DNA from: Acholeplasma sp.
GTDB lineage: Bacteria; Bacillota_I; Bacilli_A; Acholeplasmatales; UBA5453
Assembly (NCBI GenBank): GCA_036677365.1
Contig: JAVBWN010000016.1
Location: forward strand, 32,001-96,000
Direction of reading: 5' to 3'
DNA: 64,000 nucleotides
The notes beneath the pieces are model-generated. The model was not told the DNA's origin, did not search any database, and saw nothing but the letters and a program-made list of their open reading frames with translations. This document shows positions 62,657 to 64,000 of the stretch, piece after piece (position 1 is the first letter of the stretch; each line of letters opens with the position of its first letter). The position numbers and the translations under genes were made by a program.

Positions 62657-62940
62657 CAATTAGCTTTTAGACATATTTTCCACAAATTTCTCGAACTGAG
62701 CATTTTATTCAAGCAATTTTAAATAAATCCGGAAAATTTTTCTATCAATGAAATCTTATTTTGGTCAGAATATTTTTTTGATAAGACAAATTCAAAAATG
62801 AGGTTTTAAACACCTAAAATGCTAGAATTCTATCAAAAACTATGATCGATGTGAAAATATCTATATTCTTTTCCGAAAAATCTTTGAAATGTTATAATTA
62901 GATTAATGAACTATAATAACAACCATAAATGAGGTACACC

Positions 62941-63501
62941 ATGAAAGAAACAGAAAAAAGGATTCTACAAGCCGCAACCAAACTATTTTCTGAACAAGGT
63001 TATGCGAATACATCCACGAAGAAAATAGCGGATGCTGCAGGGGTGAATGAACTCACCATATTCAGACAATTCAAAAGCAAAAGTAATCTCTTACAAGCCG
63101 TCATTCACCACCACGCATTTGAAGGGTATATCGTAGATAAAATCTCCAAAGAAGTGACGTATGATGTGAAAAAAGACATTGAAATATTTACCCACACCTA
63201 TTACATGTTTTTAAAGAACAACATTAAGATGTATCTAATTCAGGTTAGAGAAACAGACGACACCTCGAAACGTTTTACCAACACCATCGAGTATACAGCC
63301 TTCATGAAAAAATACTTCCAACAGAAAAAAGAGGAAGGCACATTCATTGGGGATCCGAACTTAGTCGCCACATCGATTGTTTCGATGGTGATGGGGATAT
63401 TTACACTTAAAGTATATGCCCCAGAAATATATCATGATACAGACTATCATGATTTGATGAACATCTTCATCGAGAATTTGATCAAATTATATACCAAATA
63501 A
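62941..63501 (+). CDS. TetR/AcrR family regulator
   Basis: ILQAATKLFSEQGYANTSTKKIADAAGVNELTIFRQFKSK. Confidence 0.93.
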   Translation: MKETEKRILQAATKLFSEQGYANTSTKKIADAAGVNELTIFRQFKSKSNLLQAVIHHHAFEGYIVDKISKEVTYDVKKDIEIFTHTYYMFLKNNIKMYLIQVRETDDTSKRFTNTIEYTAFMKKYFQQKKEEGTFIGDPNLVATSIVSMVMGIFTLKVYAPEIYHDTDYHDLMNIFIENLIKLYTK

Positions 63502-63503
63502 TG

Positions 63504-63531
63504 AGGTTGCCAATGGGCAACTTTTATTTTT
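63504..63531 (+). terminator. Intrinsic terminator
   Basis: gttgcc-aatg-ggcaac plus T run. Confidence 0.7.
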
Positions 63532-63625
63532 ATAAATTTTGCATGAAAGCGCTTGATTTATCCTGACCTCATTTGTATAATGTAAGTAAGTGCTTACATG
63601 TATTATGAAGAAAGGAAGGTATGTA

Positions 63626-64000
63626 ATGAAACAAAAACTAATCTCAACAGAAGCTTTTGTTGCGAAAATCCAGGATGGCGCAAGCATCATGGTAGGTGGG
63701 TTTATGAACATCGGAACACCAACAGGGATCATTGAAGAAATCCTTAAATCCGATTTAAAAGACCTCACCATCATCTGTAACGATGCGGGATTACCAGGCG
63801 TAGGCGTAGGTAAACTGATCGATGCAGGTAAAGTCAAAAAATTGATTGCATCTCACATCGGATTGAATCCGACAGCGGGTAAGAAGATGCAAGCAGGGGA
63901 AATGGAGGTTGAACTCATTCCTCAAGGTACCTTGGCAGAACGCATTCGTGCTGCAGGTGCAGGTTTAGGTGGTTTCTTAACACCAACAGGTAGAGGTACG
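63626..64000 (+). CDS. atoD: 3-oxoacid/acetate CoA-transferase subunit A (3'-truncated; absent from ORF track)
   Basis: Hand translation MKQKLIS...[12 protein letters not shown]...ICNDAG...SHIGLNP...[36 protein letters not shown]. Confidence 0.92.
   Translation, partial: MKQKLISTEAFVAKIQDGASIMVGGFMNIGTPTGIIEEILKSDLKDLTIICNDAGLPGVGVGKLIDAGKVKKLIASHIGLNPTAGKKMQAGEMEVELIPQGTLAERIRAAGAGLGGFLTPTGRGT

Overview
AT-rich bacterial chromosome segment using TGA as a stop codon. Gene content and style suggest a Bacillota-derived organism, possibly Acholeplasmatales (inference only). (1) 1-18.5 kb is core-like: mfd (5'-truncated), Sel1 protein, mscS, glnA, purA, capD-glmS-glmM-glmU, with an inserted minus-strand HigB-HigA(ChAD)-SecB toxin-antitoxin-chaperone module. 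(2) 18.5-24.2 kb is a very AT-rich candidate defence island: FRG, TIGR04141/DUF6119-like, HNH, XRE-ImmA/IrrE plus PIN. (3) 24.3-26.2 kb holds two tandem paralogous tyrosine recombinases; the second lacks the first catalytic Arg. (4) 26.4-42.1 kb is a Wzx/Wzy-type polysaccharide locus with its own wHTH regulator, fnlABC, a pyruvyltransferase-family gene and a nitroreductase. (5) 42.1-60.4 kb is a DeoR-associated glycan-utilisation operon: rhaBAD, GH65, beta-PGM, ABC transporter, SGNH esterase, a surface protein and three paralogues of an unrecognised family, with no recognisable rhamnosidase. (6) The end carries GGDEF, TetR and a 3'-truncated CoA-transferase. The strongest novelty candidates are the rhamnose/glucose glycan locus with its unknown triplicated family, the active plus degenerate recombinase pair between defence and capsule cassettes, and the TAC module. 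All family calls come from motif recognition by eye, not database searches.
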